Shown here in pieces: positions 9,887 to 20,383 of a DNA stretch of 64,000 nt. Source of the stretch: an uncultured Rhodoplanes sp. (GTDB taxonomy: Bacteria; Pseudomonadota; Alphaproteobacteria; Rhizobiales; Xanthobacteraceae). The number at the start of each line of letters is the position of its first letter. Positions within the stretch are counted from its first letter, which is position 1. The notes beneath the pieces were generated by a model. It was not told where the DNA came from, searched no databases, and saw only the letters and a list, made by a program, of their open reading frames with translations. The translations under genes were made by a program, and so were the position numbers. The stretch covers positions 15,588 to 79,587 of the forward strand of contig CAKZHN010000179.1 in NCBI GenBank assembly GCA_936924235.1, written 5' to 3'.

Positions 9887-11689
9887 ATGCCACCAGCGCA
9901 ATCCGAATTGCCTTCGTCGCTCAAGCAGCGCGGCGCGTTCCGCGGCTGGCACAGCATCGCCTGGCGCGTCATCCTGCCGGTGCCGGTCACGCTCATCATC
10001 GTGGTCGGCGTGATCTGGGCGACCATGCCGCGGCTGATGGAGAGCGCGGCGGTGCACGACGCGTTCCTGTCCAATCAGCAGGTGGCGGCGCAGTTCAAGG
10101 TCATCCGCGGCTACTATTCCGAGAACGTCGTCAACAAGGTGCTGGCGACCGGCGCCGTCAAGGCGTCGCACGATCACCGTGGCCACGACGGCGTCATTCC
10201 GATTCCGGCGACGCTGATGCACGATCTCAGTGCGTTGTTGGCATCGACCGACACGTCGATGTCGCTCTACAGCAGATATCCGTTCCCCGGCCGCAAGGAC
10301 CGCAAGCTCGACGATTTCCAGAACGAGGCCTGGGATTTCCTCGTCGCCAACCCGAAGGGCGTGTTCTCGCGTGAGGCCGTGTTGAACGGCCGGCATGTGG
10401 TGCGCACCGGCGTGGCCGACACCATGTCGGCGCAGTCCTGCGTCAACTGCCACAACTCGGACCCCGAATCGCCGAAGCGGGACTGGAAACTCGGCGACGT
10501 CCGCGGCGTGCTCGAAATCTCAACCGTGATCGAGACGCAGATCGCCCACGGCAATCAGGTCAGCCACCTGATCGTGCTCTGCGCGATCATTGCCGGCATC
10601 ATCCTGTCGGCGCTAACCTACTGGGCGATCCGCGGCGTCACCTCGCCGCTCCGCAAGCTGGTTGTCGCGATGGACGGTCTCGCTTCCGGCAGCTTCGACG
10701 TGGCGCTGCCCGGGCTGCACCGCAAGGACGAGGTCGGCGCGATGGCGAACGCCGTCGAGCAGTTCAAGGTCAAGGCCATCGAACACGCGCGGAGCCGCGC
10801 GGACGACGAGGCGGCGCAGCGGCGGGCCGCCGCCGAAGAGCGCCGCAGCTCGATGCGGCGCCTCGCCGACAGCTTCGAGGCCGCGATCGGCAACATCGTG
10901 AACTTCGTATCGCTGGAGTCGAAAGGCCTCGAGGCCGCGGCCAGCACCATGAAAGGCACCGCGGATTCGACGAAGCAATTTGCCGACGTCGTGGCGCGCG
11001 CCTCGAGCGATGCGTCCACGAACGTCAATTCGGCCGCCGAGGCCGCCGGTGATCTCGCCAATTCGGTGTCGGACATCAGCCGCAAGGTGCGCGAGTCGAG
11101 CGACATCGCGGGCGACGCCGTGCGTCAGGCTGAGAAGACCGACGCCCGCATCACGGCGTTGTCTGAAGCCGCGACCCGCGTCGGCAACGTCGTCAAGCTG
11201 ATCACCGACATCGCCGAGCAGACCAACCTGCTGGCGCTGAACGCCACCATCGAGGCGGCGCGCGCCGGCGAGGCCGGCCGCGGCTTCGCGGTGGTGGCCG
11301 CCGAGGTCAAGACGCTCGCGACGCAGACCGCCAAGGCGACCGAGGAGGTCGCCGTGCAGATCACCGAGATGCAGACCGCGACCGCGGATTCGTTTACGGC
11401 GATCAAGGAGATCAGCTCGACCATCATCCGCATCTCCGAAATCGCCAGCTCGATTGCAGCGGCGATCGAGCAGCAGGGCGCCACCACGTCGCAGATCGCC
11501 AACGGCGTCGAGAGCGCGGCGCGCAGCGCCGAGCACGCCGCGGCCAACATCGGCGACGTCAACCGGGCCGCAAACGAGAGCGGCACTGCGGCGGAGCGCG
11601 TGTTCGCCTCCGCGCACCTCCTGGCCAAGGAGGGCGGCAAGCTCAAGCAGGAAGTCGACAAGTTCCTGGCGACCGTCCGCGCGGCTTAG
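9887..11689 (+). CDS. Methyl-accepting chemotaxis protein with a periplasmic CXXCH haem-c-type sensor domain
   Basis: TM1, a ~190-aa periplasmic domain containing CVNCH (10439-10453), TM2, HAMP, and an MA domain with highly conserved [28 protein letters not shown]. Confidence 0.85.
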   Translation: MPPAQSELPSSLKQRGAFRGWHSIAWRVILPVPVTLIIVVGVIWATMPRLMESAAVHDAFLSNQQVAAQFKVIRGYYSENVVNKVLATGAVKASHDHRGHDGVIPIPATLMHDLSALLASTDTSMSLYSRYPFPGRKDRKLDDFQNEAWDFLVANPKGVFSREAVLNGRHVVRTGVADTMSAQSCVNCHNSDPESPKRDWKLGDVRGVLEISTVIETQIAHGNQVSHLIVLCAIIAGIILSALTYWAIRGVTSPLRKLVVAMDGLASGSFDVALPGLHRKDEVGAMANAVEQFKVKAIEHARSRADDEAAQRRAAAEERRSSMRRLADSFEAAIGNIVNFVSLESKGLEAAASTMKGTADSTKQFADVVARASSDASTNVNSAAEAAGDLANSVSDISRKVRESSDIAGDAVRQAEKTDARITALSEAATRVGNVVKLITDIAEQTNLLALNATIEAARAGEAGRGFAVVAAEVKTLATQTAKATEEVAVQITEMQTATADSFTAIKEISSTIIRISEIASSIAAAIEQQGATTSQIANGVESAARSAEHAAANIGDVNRAANESGTAAERVFASAHLLAKEGGKLKQEVDKFLATVRAA

Positions 11690-11705
11690 CTTCAACTTAT
11701 CGATA

Positions 11706-11847
11706 CGTCATTCCGGGGCGCGCCCGCCAGCGCGTTTACGCGCGTCTTTGACGCGCTACGGGCGCGAACCCGGAATCCAGACATGGAAAGACTGTCTCCG
11801 GGACTGGATTGCGGATCGCACGCTGTCGCGTGCGTCCGGAATGACGG
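11706..11847. repeat. REP-like palindromic element, family B (gtcattccgg...cgtttacgcgcgtct...ccggaatgac)
   Basis: A long imperfect palindrome; a second copy at 14063-14198 shares the core cgtttacgcgcgtctNNgacgcgctaNgggcgcga. Confidence 0.55.
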
Positions 11848-11929
11848 GCAGCGACAGCCGTTCCGCGCTTGCCTATACTCGCGCGCGTCTGACGTCTATC
11901 GAACGATAAAAGATGCTGGGAGGTCGCCG

Positions 11930-13030
11930 ATGAGGCTCGTGTTTGCTGCGTTCGTTTCGCTCGTCGCCAATGTGGCATTGGCGCAGGAAGCGGTGCCGAC
12001 CATCGCGTATGAGTCGGTGCCCAATCTTCTGAAATTGCCGGACGACATGCATCTCGGCGAGGCCGCGGGCGTCGCGGTCAATTCCAAGGGCCACATCTTC
12101 GTCTACGCCCGCGGCGGCTCGAGCGCGGGGCCTGCCTACGGTAACACGGCGTCACAGCTCCTGGAGTTCAGCCCGAGCGGCAAGTTCATCCGCGAGATCG
12201 GCAAGAACCTCTACGCCTGGGCGTTCGCGCACACCGTGCGCATCGACAAGGACGACAACATCTGGGCCACCGACAAGGGCTCGGACATGATCATCAAGTT
12301 CAATCCGCAGGGCCGCGTGGTGATGGTGTTCGGCCGGAAGTCGGAGGCCTCCGACACCGAGGCGAAGCCGCATGAGCGCAACCTCGAAAAGCCGCTGCCG
12401 CACCAGGACGGCCGCTTCCGCCAACCGACCGATGTGGCCTGGGGACCGGACGGCACGATCTACATCTCGGACGGCTACGTGAATTCGCGCGTCGCCAAGA
12501 TCAGCAAGGACGGCGACTGGATCAAGTCCTGGGGCCAGAGGGGCAAGGGCCAGGGCGAGTTCAACCTGGTGCACAGCATCGCGACCGACGCGAAAGGCAG
12601 CGTCTATGTTGCCGACCGCAACAACCGCCGCATCCAGGTGTTCGATGGCGACGGCAATTTCCAGCGCGAGATCAAGATCAACGTGCCGTTCGATGAGAAC
12701 GCCAAGCCCGCGATCGGCGACAAGCCAAACCTCACGAACTATCTGCAGAGCGGCGGCAGCATGACGCCGGGCGCGCCCTGGGCGATCTGCATCACGCCGG
12801 GACCGAACCAGGTGCTGTACAGCGCCGACTCGTATCCGGGCCGCATCTACAAGCTGTCGCTCGACGGCAAGGTGCTGGGCGTGCTCGGCTCGTCGGGCAA
12901 GCAGCTCAAGCAGTTCGGCTGGATCCACGAGATCGCGTGTCCGTCGGAGAACACGCTGCTCGTCGCCGAGATCCTGAACTGGCGGGTGCAGAAGCTGATC
13001 CTTCATCCGGAGAAGACGGCGAGTCGATGA
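11930..13030 (+). CDS. Secreted NHL-repeat six-bladed beta-propeller protein
   Basis: Signal peptide; repeated YVADRNNRRIQVF-type NHL blades; GGGAGG RBS upstream of the ATG at 11930. Confidence 0.75.
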   Translation: MRLVFAAFVSLVANVALAQEAVPTIAYESVPNLLKLPDDMHLGEAAGVAVNSKGHIFVYARGGSSAGPAYGNTASQLLEFSPSGKFIREIGKNLYAWAFAHTVRIDKDDNIWATDKGSDMIIKFNPQGRVVMVFGRKSEASDTEAKPHERNLEKPLPHQDGRFRQPTDVAWGPDGTIYISDGYVNSRVAKISKDGDWIKSWGQRGKGQGEFNLVHSIATDAKGSVYVADRNNRRIQVFDGDGNFQREIKINVPFDENAKPAIGDKPNLTNYLQSGGSMTPGAPWAICITPGPNQVLYSADSYPGRIYKLSLDGKVLGVLGSSGKQLKQFGWIHEIACPSENTLLVAEILNWRVQKLILHPEKTASR

Positions 13031-14052
13031 TGACAGTGCGCGTGTCACGAGCTGCAAGCCTGCTGGGTGCGGCGTTCGCGGCGGCATTGGCCGCGGCGCC
13101 CGCGAAGGCGCAGTCGCCCGATCTGTCCGGCAAGACCGTGACGCTGCTCATCGGCTTCGGCACCGGTGGCGGCTATGACCTCTGGGGCCGCACCGTGGCG
13201 CGGCACATCGGCAAGCACCTGCCGGGCAAGCCCACGGTGGTGCCGCAGAACATGCCGGGCGCCGGCTCGTATGTGGCGGCAAGTCATATCTACAATGCGG
13301 CGCCCAAGGACGGCACGGTGTTCGGCATCATCGCCCGCGATGCCGCATTGGGTCCGCTCAGCAACGCGCCGGGCGCGCGCTTCGACGCGACGAAGATGTC
13401 GTGGCTCGGCAGCCCCACGCGCGAGCACAACGCCTGCATCGCCAACGCCTCGGCCAAGGTGAAAACCGTCAACGACCTGCGCGACAAGGAACTCATTCTG
13501 GGTGACACCGGGCCGGGCACCGGCACGCGGTCCTATCCCAAGGTGCTGGGCGACGTGTTCGGCTACAAGTTCAAGATCGTCTCGGGCTTCCGCTCCTCGT
13601 CGGACGTGTTCCTGGCCATGGAGCGCGGCGAGGTCGAAGGCATTTGCGAAAGCCTCGACAGCATCAACCAGCGCAAGCCCGACTGGATTCCGAAAAAGGT
13701 CGTCAACGTGCTGCTGCAGGCCGGCGCCGAGTCGCCTCCGGAGCTGAAGGGCGTGCCCAATGTGCTGACGCTCGCCCGCAACGACGAGGAGAAGCAGCTT
13801 CTCGAGTTTCTCTACGCCGGGCAGGACATCGGCCGGCCGTTCGTAGCGCCGCCCGATCTGCCCTCGGAGCGGCTGAAGATGCTGCGCGACGCGTTTGCGG
13901 AGACGATGAAGGATCCGGAGTTTGCCGCCGACGTGAAGCGCAGCAAGCTCGATCTCGAGCCGGTGGATGGCGAGCAGCTGGCGGCGCTGATCGCCAAGAT
14001 CTACGCGACGCCGAAGCCGATCATCGAGCGCGTCAGCAACCTGATCAAATGA
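13027..14052 (+). CDS. TctC/Bug-family-like periplasmic solute-binding protein (orphan)
   Basis: Signal peptide; GFGTGGGYDLWGRTVARHIGKHLPGKPTVVPQNMPGAGSYVAASHI...APKDGTVFGI fits the TctC consensus. No tctAB lies adjacent; ATGA overlap with the preceding gene. Confidence 0.65.
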   Translation: MMTVRVSRAASLLGAAFAAALAAAPAKAQSPDLSGKTVTLLIGFGTGGGYDLWGRTVARHIGKHLPGKPTVVPQNMPGAGSYVAASHIYNAAPKDGTVFGIIARDAALGPLSNAPGARFDATKMSWLGSPTREHNACIANASAKVKTVNDLRDKELILGDTGPGTGTRSYPKVLGDVFGYKFKIVSGFRSSSDVFLAMERGEVEGICESLDSINQRKPDWIPKKVVNVLLQAGAESPPELKGVPNVLTLARNDEEKQLLEFLYAGQDIGRPFVAPPDLPSERLKMLRDAFAETMKDPEFAADVKRSKLDLEPVDGEQLAALIAKIYATPKPIIERVSNLIK

Positions 14053-14062
14053 CCGCGCAGCG

Positions 14063-14198
14063 GTCATTCCGGACGTAGCGCGCCAGGGCGTTTACGCGCG
14101 TCTGCGACGCGCTATGGGCGCGATCCGGAATCCAGATACATCGGCAGTGTTTATTTGTCTGGATTCCGGGTTCCGCCCTTCGAGCGGCCCCGGAATGA
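14063..14198. repeat. REP-like palindromic element, family B
   Basis: Second copy of the 11706-11847 element, lying between convergent genes. Confidence 0.55.
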
Positions 14199-14221
14199 TG
14201 GAGGCGGATGAAGTCTGCGCC

Positions 14222-14794
14222 TCAGCGCGGCGCGCGCTTGGCCAGGATGCGCTGCAAAGTGCGGCGGTGCATGTTGAGCCGACGCGCGGTCTCCGAGACG
14301 TTGCGGCCGCACAGCTCGTAGATGCGCTGGATGTGTTCCCAGCGCACGCGGTCCGCGGACATCGGGTGCTCCGGCGGATCGGCCTTGCGGCCTTCGATCG
14401 CCAGCAGCGCGTTGACCACGTCGTCGGCGTCGGCGGGCTTGGAGAGATAGTCGACCGCGCCCATCTTCACAGCGTTCACCGCGGTGGCGATGTTGCCATA
14501 GCCGGTGAGGACGATGGCGCGCGCCTCGGGCCGCCGCTGCTTCAGCGCCGAGACCACGTCGAGGCCGTTGCCGTCGCCGAGCCGCATGTCGACCACGGCG
14601 AAAGCGGGCGCCGAAGCCTCGACCTGCTGCAGGCCTTCGCCGACCGACTCGGCGGTCCGCACCTCGAAGCCGCGGGCCTCCATGGCGCGCGCCAATCGTT
14701 GCAGGAAGGACTTATCGTCCTCCACGATCAGCAGCGTCCGTTCGCCGGAGACCACCACAGGCGGTGGCGTCATTTCGGTCATGGTCATGCTCAT
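14222..14794 (-). CDS. regR: Redox-responsive response regulator (RegA/ActR/PrrA family)
   Basis: Receiver domain plus a C-terminal Fis-type HTH (RRTLQRILAKR); sits directly downstream of its kinase partner. Confidence 0.85.
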   Translation of the reverse strand: MSMTMTEMTPPPVVVSGERTLLIVEDDKSFLQRLARAMEARGFEVRTAESVGEGLQQVEASAPAFAVVDMRLGDGNGLDVVSALKQRRPEARAIVLTGYGNIATAVNAVKMGAVDYLSKPADADDVVNALLAIEGRKADPPEHPMSADRVRWEHIQRIYELCGRNVSETARRLNMHRRTLQRILAKRAPR

Positions 14795-14828
14795 GTCTCT
14801 TTTAGCTTAGGTAACATGGGGGCGGACC

Positions 14829-16196
14829 TCAAGTGGCGGCAAGTCGCACCGGACGCTCGGAGGGAGGTTCCGGGGGATCGTCCCCGGAGTTCTCCAGGGG
14901 GCGCTCGAACATATCCCGGGGCCAGCGGACCCGGATCACGGCGCCGCGGTCCGGATAGGGGCGATTCTCGTATTCGACCGTCGCGCCGGAGCGCTCCAGC
15001 AGCGTCTTGGCGATGAAGAAGCCGAGCCCCAGGCCGGTCGCTTCGCCGCCGGCATTCATGCGGCGGCGCTTGCTCGATTTGACATAGGGCTCGCCGATCC
15101 GGTCCATGATCTCCGGCGCAAAGCCCGGGCCGTCGTCGCTGATGGTGACGGTGACCTCCTCGTCGCTCCAGTCGGCGGTCACCTCGACGCGGGACTGGGC
15201 ATAGTCGATGGCGTTTTCGAGGATGTTGCCGAGGCCGTAGAGCGCGGCCGGATTGCGGGCGCCCATCGGCGGGCCGGAGCGCTGCGGCAGCGACACGTCG
15301 ATCTCGATGCCGAAGTTCCGGTGCGGCGCCACCACCTCCTCGATCAGCGCCGGCAGCGGAGTGCGGTCGAACGGTGCGCCGGTCGGAAGTTCCGTCAGCT
15401 TGGCCAGAATGTCGCGGCAGCGCTGCGCCTGCTCGCGCAGGAGCTTGACGTCGTCGGCATACGGCGAGCCGGCTTCGAGCGCGCGCTCGAGCTCGCGGCT
15501 GACCACCGAGATGGTTGCGAGCGGCGTGCCGAGCTCGTGTGCGGCCGCCGCCGCAAGGCCGTCGAGCTGCGACAGATGCTGCTCGCGCGCCAGCACCAGC
15601 TCGGTCGCGGCCAATGCCTCGGCGATCTGGCGGCCTTCCTCGGTGATCTGCCAGGCGTAGACGCCGATGAAGCCGATGCAGAGTCCGATCGAGAACCACA
15701 CGCCGAGCAGATAGATCCACGGCAGCTCCAGCGGATCGTCCGGGTCCCACGGCAGCGGGTAATGCGCGAACACCAGCACGGTGGCGCAGACCACCGCGAA
15801 CATGCCGAGCATCACGGTGATGCGCGGCGGCAGCGCGGTGGCCGACAGCAGCACCGGTGCGAGGAACAGGAACGCGAAGGGGTTCTGCAGTCCGCCGGTC
15901 AGGAACAGCAGCACCGCAAGCTCGGCGATGTCGAAGGCGAGCAACCACGCGGCGCGCGTCGGCTCGAGCCGCTGCGTCAGGCTGAAGCGCACGCGCAGCG
16001 CCACGTTGAGCCACGCCGACAGCGCGATCACCGCCATGCAGGCCCAGAGCGGCAGCTGGAATTCGGCGACATAGACCACCACCAGCACCGCGGTGGTCTG
16101 GCCGATCACCGCGAGCCAGCGCAGGCGCAGCAGCGTGTCGAGCCGCACGTTCCGCCGCTGCGGCAGATGGATCTGGTCGGCGGTGTCGTAGAGCAT
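14829..16196 (-). CDS. regS: Sensor histidine kinase (RegB/PrrB/ActS family)
   Basis: Six N-terminal TM helices, a HisKA region with an H-box (AAHELGTPL) and an HATPase_c domain; 34 nt upstream of regR. Confidence 0.8.
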   Translation of the reverse strand: MLYDTADQIHLPQRRNVRLDTLLRLRWLAVIGQTTAVLVVVYVAEFQLPLWACMAVIALSAWLNVALRVRFSLTQRLEPTRAAWLLAFDIAELAVLLFLTGGLQNPFAFLFLAPVLLSATALPPRITVMLGMFAVVCATVLVFAHYPLPWDPDDPLELPWIYLLGVWFSIGLCIGFIGVYAWQITEEGRQIAEALAATELVLAREQHLSQLDGLAAAAAHELGTPLATISVVSRELERALEAGSPYADDVKLLREQAQRCRDILAKLTELPTGAPFDRTPLPALIEEVVAPHRNFGIEIDVSLPQRSGPPMGARNPAALYGLGNILENAIDYAQSRVEVTADWSDEEVTVTISDDGPGFAPEIMDRIGEPYVKSSKRRRMNAGGEATGLGLGFFIAKTLLERSGATVEYENRPYPDRGAVIRVRWPRDMFERPLENSGDDPPEPPSERPVRLAAT

Positions 16197-16312
16197 GGCC
16201 GCATTCTAGTGCGCTGGCGCGCGTTCTCAATGTTGCCAACCGCCGCATGGTGAAGGCTTTGCGGCTTTCGGGGCTTGCGCCGGGCCGCGGGCCGCGTCAC
16301 ATCTGGCCGATC

Positions 16313-17086
16313 ATGCTGGCGCCAGGACAGCCTCAAGGACAACCGCCCATCGCCATCGACCGGCTGGTCAAGCGCTACAAGGCTGTCACGGCGGTGGACG
16401 GCATTTCGTTTGCGATCGAGGCGGGCTCCTGCGCGGCGCTGCTCGGCGGCAACGGCGCCGGCAAGACCACGACCATCTCGACCATCATGGGGCTGGTGGA
16501 ACCGAGCTCCGGCCGCGTCGCGGTGCTGGGGGCCGACATGCCGCGGGAGCGGCATCGCGTGCTGCATCGCATGAATTTCGAGAGCCCCTACGTCAACATG
16601 CCGATGCGGCTCACCGTGCGGCAGAACCTCAACGTGTTCGGCATGCTCTACGGCTGCGAGGATATCGCGGGCCGCATCCGCGCCCTGTCGGAGGAGTTCG
16701 ACATGGGCGACTTCCTCGAGCGGCCGACCGGCAAGCTGTCGTCCGGCCAGAAGACCCGCGTGGCGCTGGCGAAATCGCTGATCAACCAGCCCGAAATTCT
16801 GTTGCTCGACGAGCCGACCGCCTCGCTCGATCCCGACACCGCCGATTGGATCCGCGGCCGGCTCGAGCATTATCGCCGCGAGTGCGGCACCACGATCCTG
16901 CTCGCCTCGCACAACATGAACGAGGTCGAGCGGCTGTGCGACCGCGTCATCATGCTCAAGCGCGGCCGCATCGAGGACGACGACACACCGGCGGGCCTGA
17001 TCGCCCGCTACGGCCGCAGCAATCTCGAAGAGGTGTTCCTCGACATCGCGCGCGGCACAGGCGAAGCGCGGGAGGCCGCGCAATGA
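16313..17086 (+). CDS. ABC-2 type transporter ATP-binding protein
   Basis: Walker A GGNGAGKTT, LSSGQ signature and Walker B LLLDEPT; start chosen at MLAPGQ (16247 is an alternative). Confidence 0.75.
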   Translation: MLAPGQPQGQPPIAIDRLVKRYKAVTAVDGISFAIEAGSCAALLGGNGAGKTTTISTIMGLVEPSSGRVAVLGADMPRERHRVLHRMNFESPYVNMPMRLTVRQNLNVFGMLYGCEDIAGRIRALSEEFDMGDFLERPTGKLSSGQKTRVALAKSLINQPEILLLDEPTASLDPDTADWIRGRLEHYRRECGTTILLASHNMNEVERLCDRVIMLKRGRIEDDDTPAGLIARYGRSNLEEVFLDIARGTGEAREAAQ

Positions 17087-17919
17087 CGATGCCGCAGGCC
17101 GCACGCACGCCGCGCTACGTCGCGATCTCGCCGCGCCGCGTGTTCGCGATGGTGTTGCGGCACTGGTATCTGCTGGGCTCGTCGTGGCCAAGATGGTTCG
17201 ATCTGATGTACTGGCCGGCGGTGCAGATGCTGATGTGGGGCTTTCTGCAACTTTACGTCTCGCAGAACGCCGGCTCGCCGTTCATGCGCGCCGCCACGAC
17301 CTTCATCGGCGCCGTGATGCTGTGGGATGTGCTGTTCCGCGGCCAGCTCGGCTTCTCGATCTCGTTCCTGGAAGAAATGTACGCCCGCAACATGGGCAAC
17401 CTGATGATGAGCCCGCTGCGGCCGATCGAGTTCGTGCTGGCGCTGATGGTGCAGAGCGTCGTGCGGCTCGCGATCGGCATGGTGCCGGTGTCGCTGCTCG
17501 CGATCTGGTGGTTCGACTTTAATCTGTGGGCGATGGGGCTCGCGCTCGCGGTGTTCTTCATGAACCTGCTGCTGACGAGCTGGGCGATCGGTATCATCGT
17601 GTCCGGCATTCTGCTGCGTCACGGCCTGGGCGCCGAGAACATGGCCTGGGGCTTCATGTTCCTGATGCTGCCGTTCACCTGCGTCTACTATCCGGTGTCG
17701 GTCCTGCCGTCCTGGCTGCAGGGCGTGGCCTGGATGCTGCCGCCGACCTACGTGTTCGAGGGCATGCGGGCGCTGCTGATCAATCACGTGTTCCGCGCCG
17801 ACCTGATGCTGCAGGCCTTCGGTCTGAACGCCGTGATTTTCGCGATCGGCGTGACAATATTCCTGATCCTGCTGCGGAACGCCCGCCGCGAGGGGACGTT
17901 GCTGCAGGGCGGCGACTAG
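17083..17919 (+). CDS. ABC-2 type transporter permease
   Basis: A 6-TM ABC-2 permease; GGGAGG RBS, with its ATG overlapping the ATPase stop (ATGA). Confidence 0.75.
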   Translation: MTMPQAARTPRYVAISPRRVFAMVLRHWYLLGSSWPRWFDLMYWPAVQMLMWGFLQLYVSQNAGSPFMRAATTFIGAVMLWDVLFRGQLGFSISFLEEMYARNMGNLMMSPLRPIEFVLALMVQSVVRLAIGMVPVSLLAIWWFDFNLWAMGLALAVFFMNLLLTSWAIGIIVSGILLRHGLGAENMAWGFMFLMLPFTCVYYPVSVLPSWLQGVAWMLPPTYVFEGMRALLINHVFRADLMLQAFGLNAVIFAIGVTIFLILLRNARREGTLLQGGD

Positions 17920-18147
17920 GCCGGAGCGGTAATTTTGACCGCCGGTTAAGCCTGTCCCGAAGGTAAGTAGTCACCAAAAGCCTGGGAAAACTACGCATTT
18001 TTACGCTCTATAACGCTTCCCCAAGACACGTCATATATGTTGACCATGTCATCTGATCGTCACTATGCTGCGTCGCAGCGCGAGGGCCGGGGACCTGAAG
18101 GCATGGCTATTGGTGAGTTTGGCGGAGCGCCGCAATACGGCGGTCCG

Positions 18148-19434
18148 ATGCTGTCGAGCGGCCTGTATTGGCTCTACGAATCGGGCCACGCCGCGCTGCA
18201 GCCCGCGCGCGCACTCGCCGATGTGACGCGGCTCTACTTCAAGAATCCGCTCAATCCGCTGGCCCACACCATGTTCGGCAAGAGCATGGCGGCCACCGCC
18301 GAGCTGTTCGAGCGCTCGACCCGCCGCTACGGGAAGCCCGAGTGGCGCCTCGACTCGGTGATGGTCGGCGGCGAGCGCGCCCCGATCCATGTGTCGACGC
18401 CGTGGGAGCGGCCGTTCTGCCGACTGCTGCACTTCGAGCGCATGTTCTGCCATATGCCGCGGCGGCCGCAGCCCAAGATGCTGATCGTCGCGCCGATGTC
18501 CGGCCACTACGCCACGCTGCTGCGCGGCACGGTCGAGGCGTTTCTTCCCAATCACGACGTCTACATCACCGACTGGGTCGACGCGCGGATGGTGCCGCTC
18601 TCGGCCGGCCGCTTCGATCTCGACGACTACATCGACTACGTCATCAGCATCCTGCATTTCCTCGGCGGCGACACCCATGTCGTCGCGGTGTGCCAGCCGT
18701 CCGTTCCGGTGTTCGCCGCGACCGCGCTGATGGAAGCCGACAAAGATCCCTATGCGCCGCGCTCGATCACGCTGATGGGCGGTCCGATCGACACGCGCAT
18801 CAATTCCACGGCGGTCAACAAGCTTGCCATGGAGCGTGGCATCGACTGGTTCCGGCGCAACGTCATCACCAAGGTGCCGTTCCCGCATCCGGGCGTGATG
18901 CGCGACGTCTATCCGGGCTTCCTGCAGCTCAACGGCTTCGTCAGCATGAACCTCGATCGCCATCTCGATGCGCATCGCAACCTGTTCATGCATCTCGTCA
19001 AGGGCGACGGCGACTCGGCGCAGAAGCATCGCGAGTTCTATGACGAGTATCTCGCCGTCATGGATCTCACCGCCGAGTTCTATCTGCAGACCGTCGACAA
19101 CGGCTTCATCAAGCACAGCCTGCCGAAGGGCGAGATGACCCATCGCGGCCGTCCGGTCGATCCGGGCGCGATCCGCAATGTCGGCCTGCTCACCGTCGAG
19201 GGCGAGCATGACGACATCTCCGGCGTCGGTCAGACCGAAGCGGCGCACGAGCTGTGCACCAACCTGCCGGCCGACAAGAAGCGGCACTATCTGCAGCCGG
19301 GCGTCGGCCACTACGGCGTGTTCAACGGCTCGCGCTTCCGCGCCGAGGTGGCGCCCCGCATCGCCGACTTCATCCTGAGCGTCGAGCGGCCCCAGACGGC
19401 GCGCCGCCCGGCCATGGTGAAGCTCGTCAGCTAG
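18148..19434 (+). CDS. phaZ: Intracellular poly(3-hydroxybutyrate) depolymerase
   Basis: The N-terminus MLSSGLYWLYE resembles PhaZ starts and full-length PhaZ-family similarity is present; 18103 is an alternative start. Confidence 0.75.
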   Translation: MLSSGLYWLYESGHAALQPARALADVTRLYFKNPLNPLAHTMFGKSMAATAELFERSTRRYGKPEWRLDSVMVGGERAPIHVSTPWERPFCRLLHFERMFCHMPRRPQPKMLIVAPMSGHYATLLRGTVEAFLPNHDVYITDWVDARMVPLSAGRFDLDDYIDYVISILHFLGGDTHVVAVCQPSVPVFAATALMEADKDPYAPRSITLMGGPIDTRINSTAVNKLAMERGIDWFRRNVITKVPFPHPGVMRDVYPGFLQLNGFVSMNLDRHLDAHRNLFMHLVKGDGDSAQKHREFYDEYLAVMDLTAEFYLQTVDNGFIKHSLPKGEMTHRGRPVDPGAIRNVGLLTVEGEHDDISGVGQTEAAHELCTNLPADKKRHYLQPGVGHYGVFNGSRFRAEVAPRIADFILSVERPQTARRPAMVKLVS

Positions 19435-19546
19435 GGTTTAGCTTAAGCTTTTCAGGCACCTACCGGCTCGGCGGGCGCCCGGGGACTATCGGCCCCGGCC
19501 CGCCGATCTGCTATCCTGCCATCCTGGATTCGGGGTGGTCCCGCCG

Positions 19547-20302
19547 ATGCCGCTGCGTGCCCTGTTCTACCGCCGTCCGAGCGAACCGCAGACCTTCGAG
19601 GTCGAGTTCGACCGGGCGAGCTTTGCGGTGCGGGTGCGGCGCCACCGCCAGGCGCGGCGTTACACCCTGCGCATCCAGGCCGCCACGCGTGAAGTGATCC
19701 TGACCATGCCGCCGCGCGGCAACCTGCGCGAGGCCAAGGAATTCGCCCAGAAGCACGGCGGCTGGATCGCGGCACGGATGCATCGCTTGCCGCAGGCCGT
19801 GCCGTTCGCCGACGGCACCGTCGTGCCGCTGCGCGGCGTCGAGCATCGCATCGTGCATAAGCCGGGCCTGCGCGGCACGGTGTGGACCGAGGCGCCGGAC
19901 CGCGGCATGCCGCTGTTGTGCGTCGCGGGCGATGCGCCCCATGTCGAACGCCGGGTGAACGATTTCCTGCGCCGCGAGGCGGCGCGCGATCTCGACACGG
20001 CGAGCCGCCGCGCCGCCGAAGAGTTCGGCGTTTCGGTCAAGCGCATCTCGGTGCGCGATCAGTCGAGCCGCTGGGGTTCGTGCTCCACGACGGGCGTGCT
20101 GTCCTACTCCTGGCGGCTGATCCTCGCGCCACCGTTTGTGCTGAACTATCTCGCCGTGCACGAGGTCGCGCATATGATCGAGATGAATCACTCGGCGCGG
20201 TTCTGGCGGCTGGTGAAGCGGGTCTGCGCCGATTCCGAGCGCGCCAAGACCTGGCTCGACGTGCATGGCAGCGATCTGCACCGCTACGGCCTGCCGGGCT
20301 GA
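19547..20302 (+). CDS. M48/YgjP-family zinc metallohydrolase (DUF45)
   Basis: A HEXXH motif (HEVAHMIEMNH) in the C-terminal half. Confidence 0.7.
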   Translation: MPLRALFYRRPSEPQTFEVEFDRASFAVRVRRHRQARRYTLRIQAATREVILTMPPRGNLREAKEFAQKHGGWIAARMHRLPQAVPFADGTVVPLRGVEHRIVHKPGLRGTVWTEAPDRGMPLLCVAGDAPHVERRVNDFLRREAARDLDTASRRAAEEFGVSVKRISVRDQSSRWGSCSTTGVLSYSWRLILAPPFVLNYLAVHEVAHMIEMNHSARFWRLVKRVCADSERAKTWLDVHGSDLHRYGLPG

Positions 20303-20383
20303 AGTCTCCTGAAAATGCATGACATGGCAGCCGTCCGGCCGTGATGGTGGCCACGGCGCGCGACCGTGCTACTGACACGCCCG

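Noticed and set aside
17920-18147. Sigma-70-like promoter (TTGACC...17 nt...cactatgct) and an upstream imperfect hairpin ahead of phaZ
   Set aside because: It is plausible, but the match is weak and cannot be distinguished from chance in an AT-richer intergenic stretch without transcript mapping
19435-19546. GC-rich imperfect hairpin after phaZ as an intrinsic terminator
   Set aside because: The stem has several mismatches and there is no downstream U-tract
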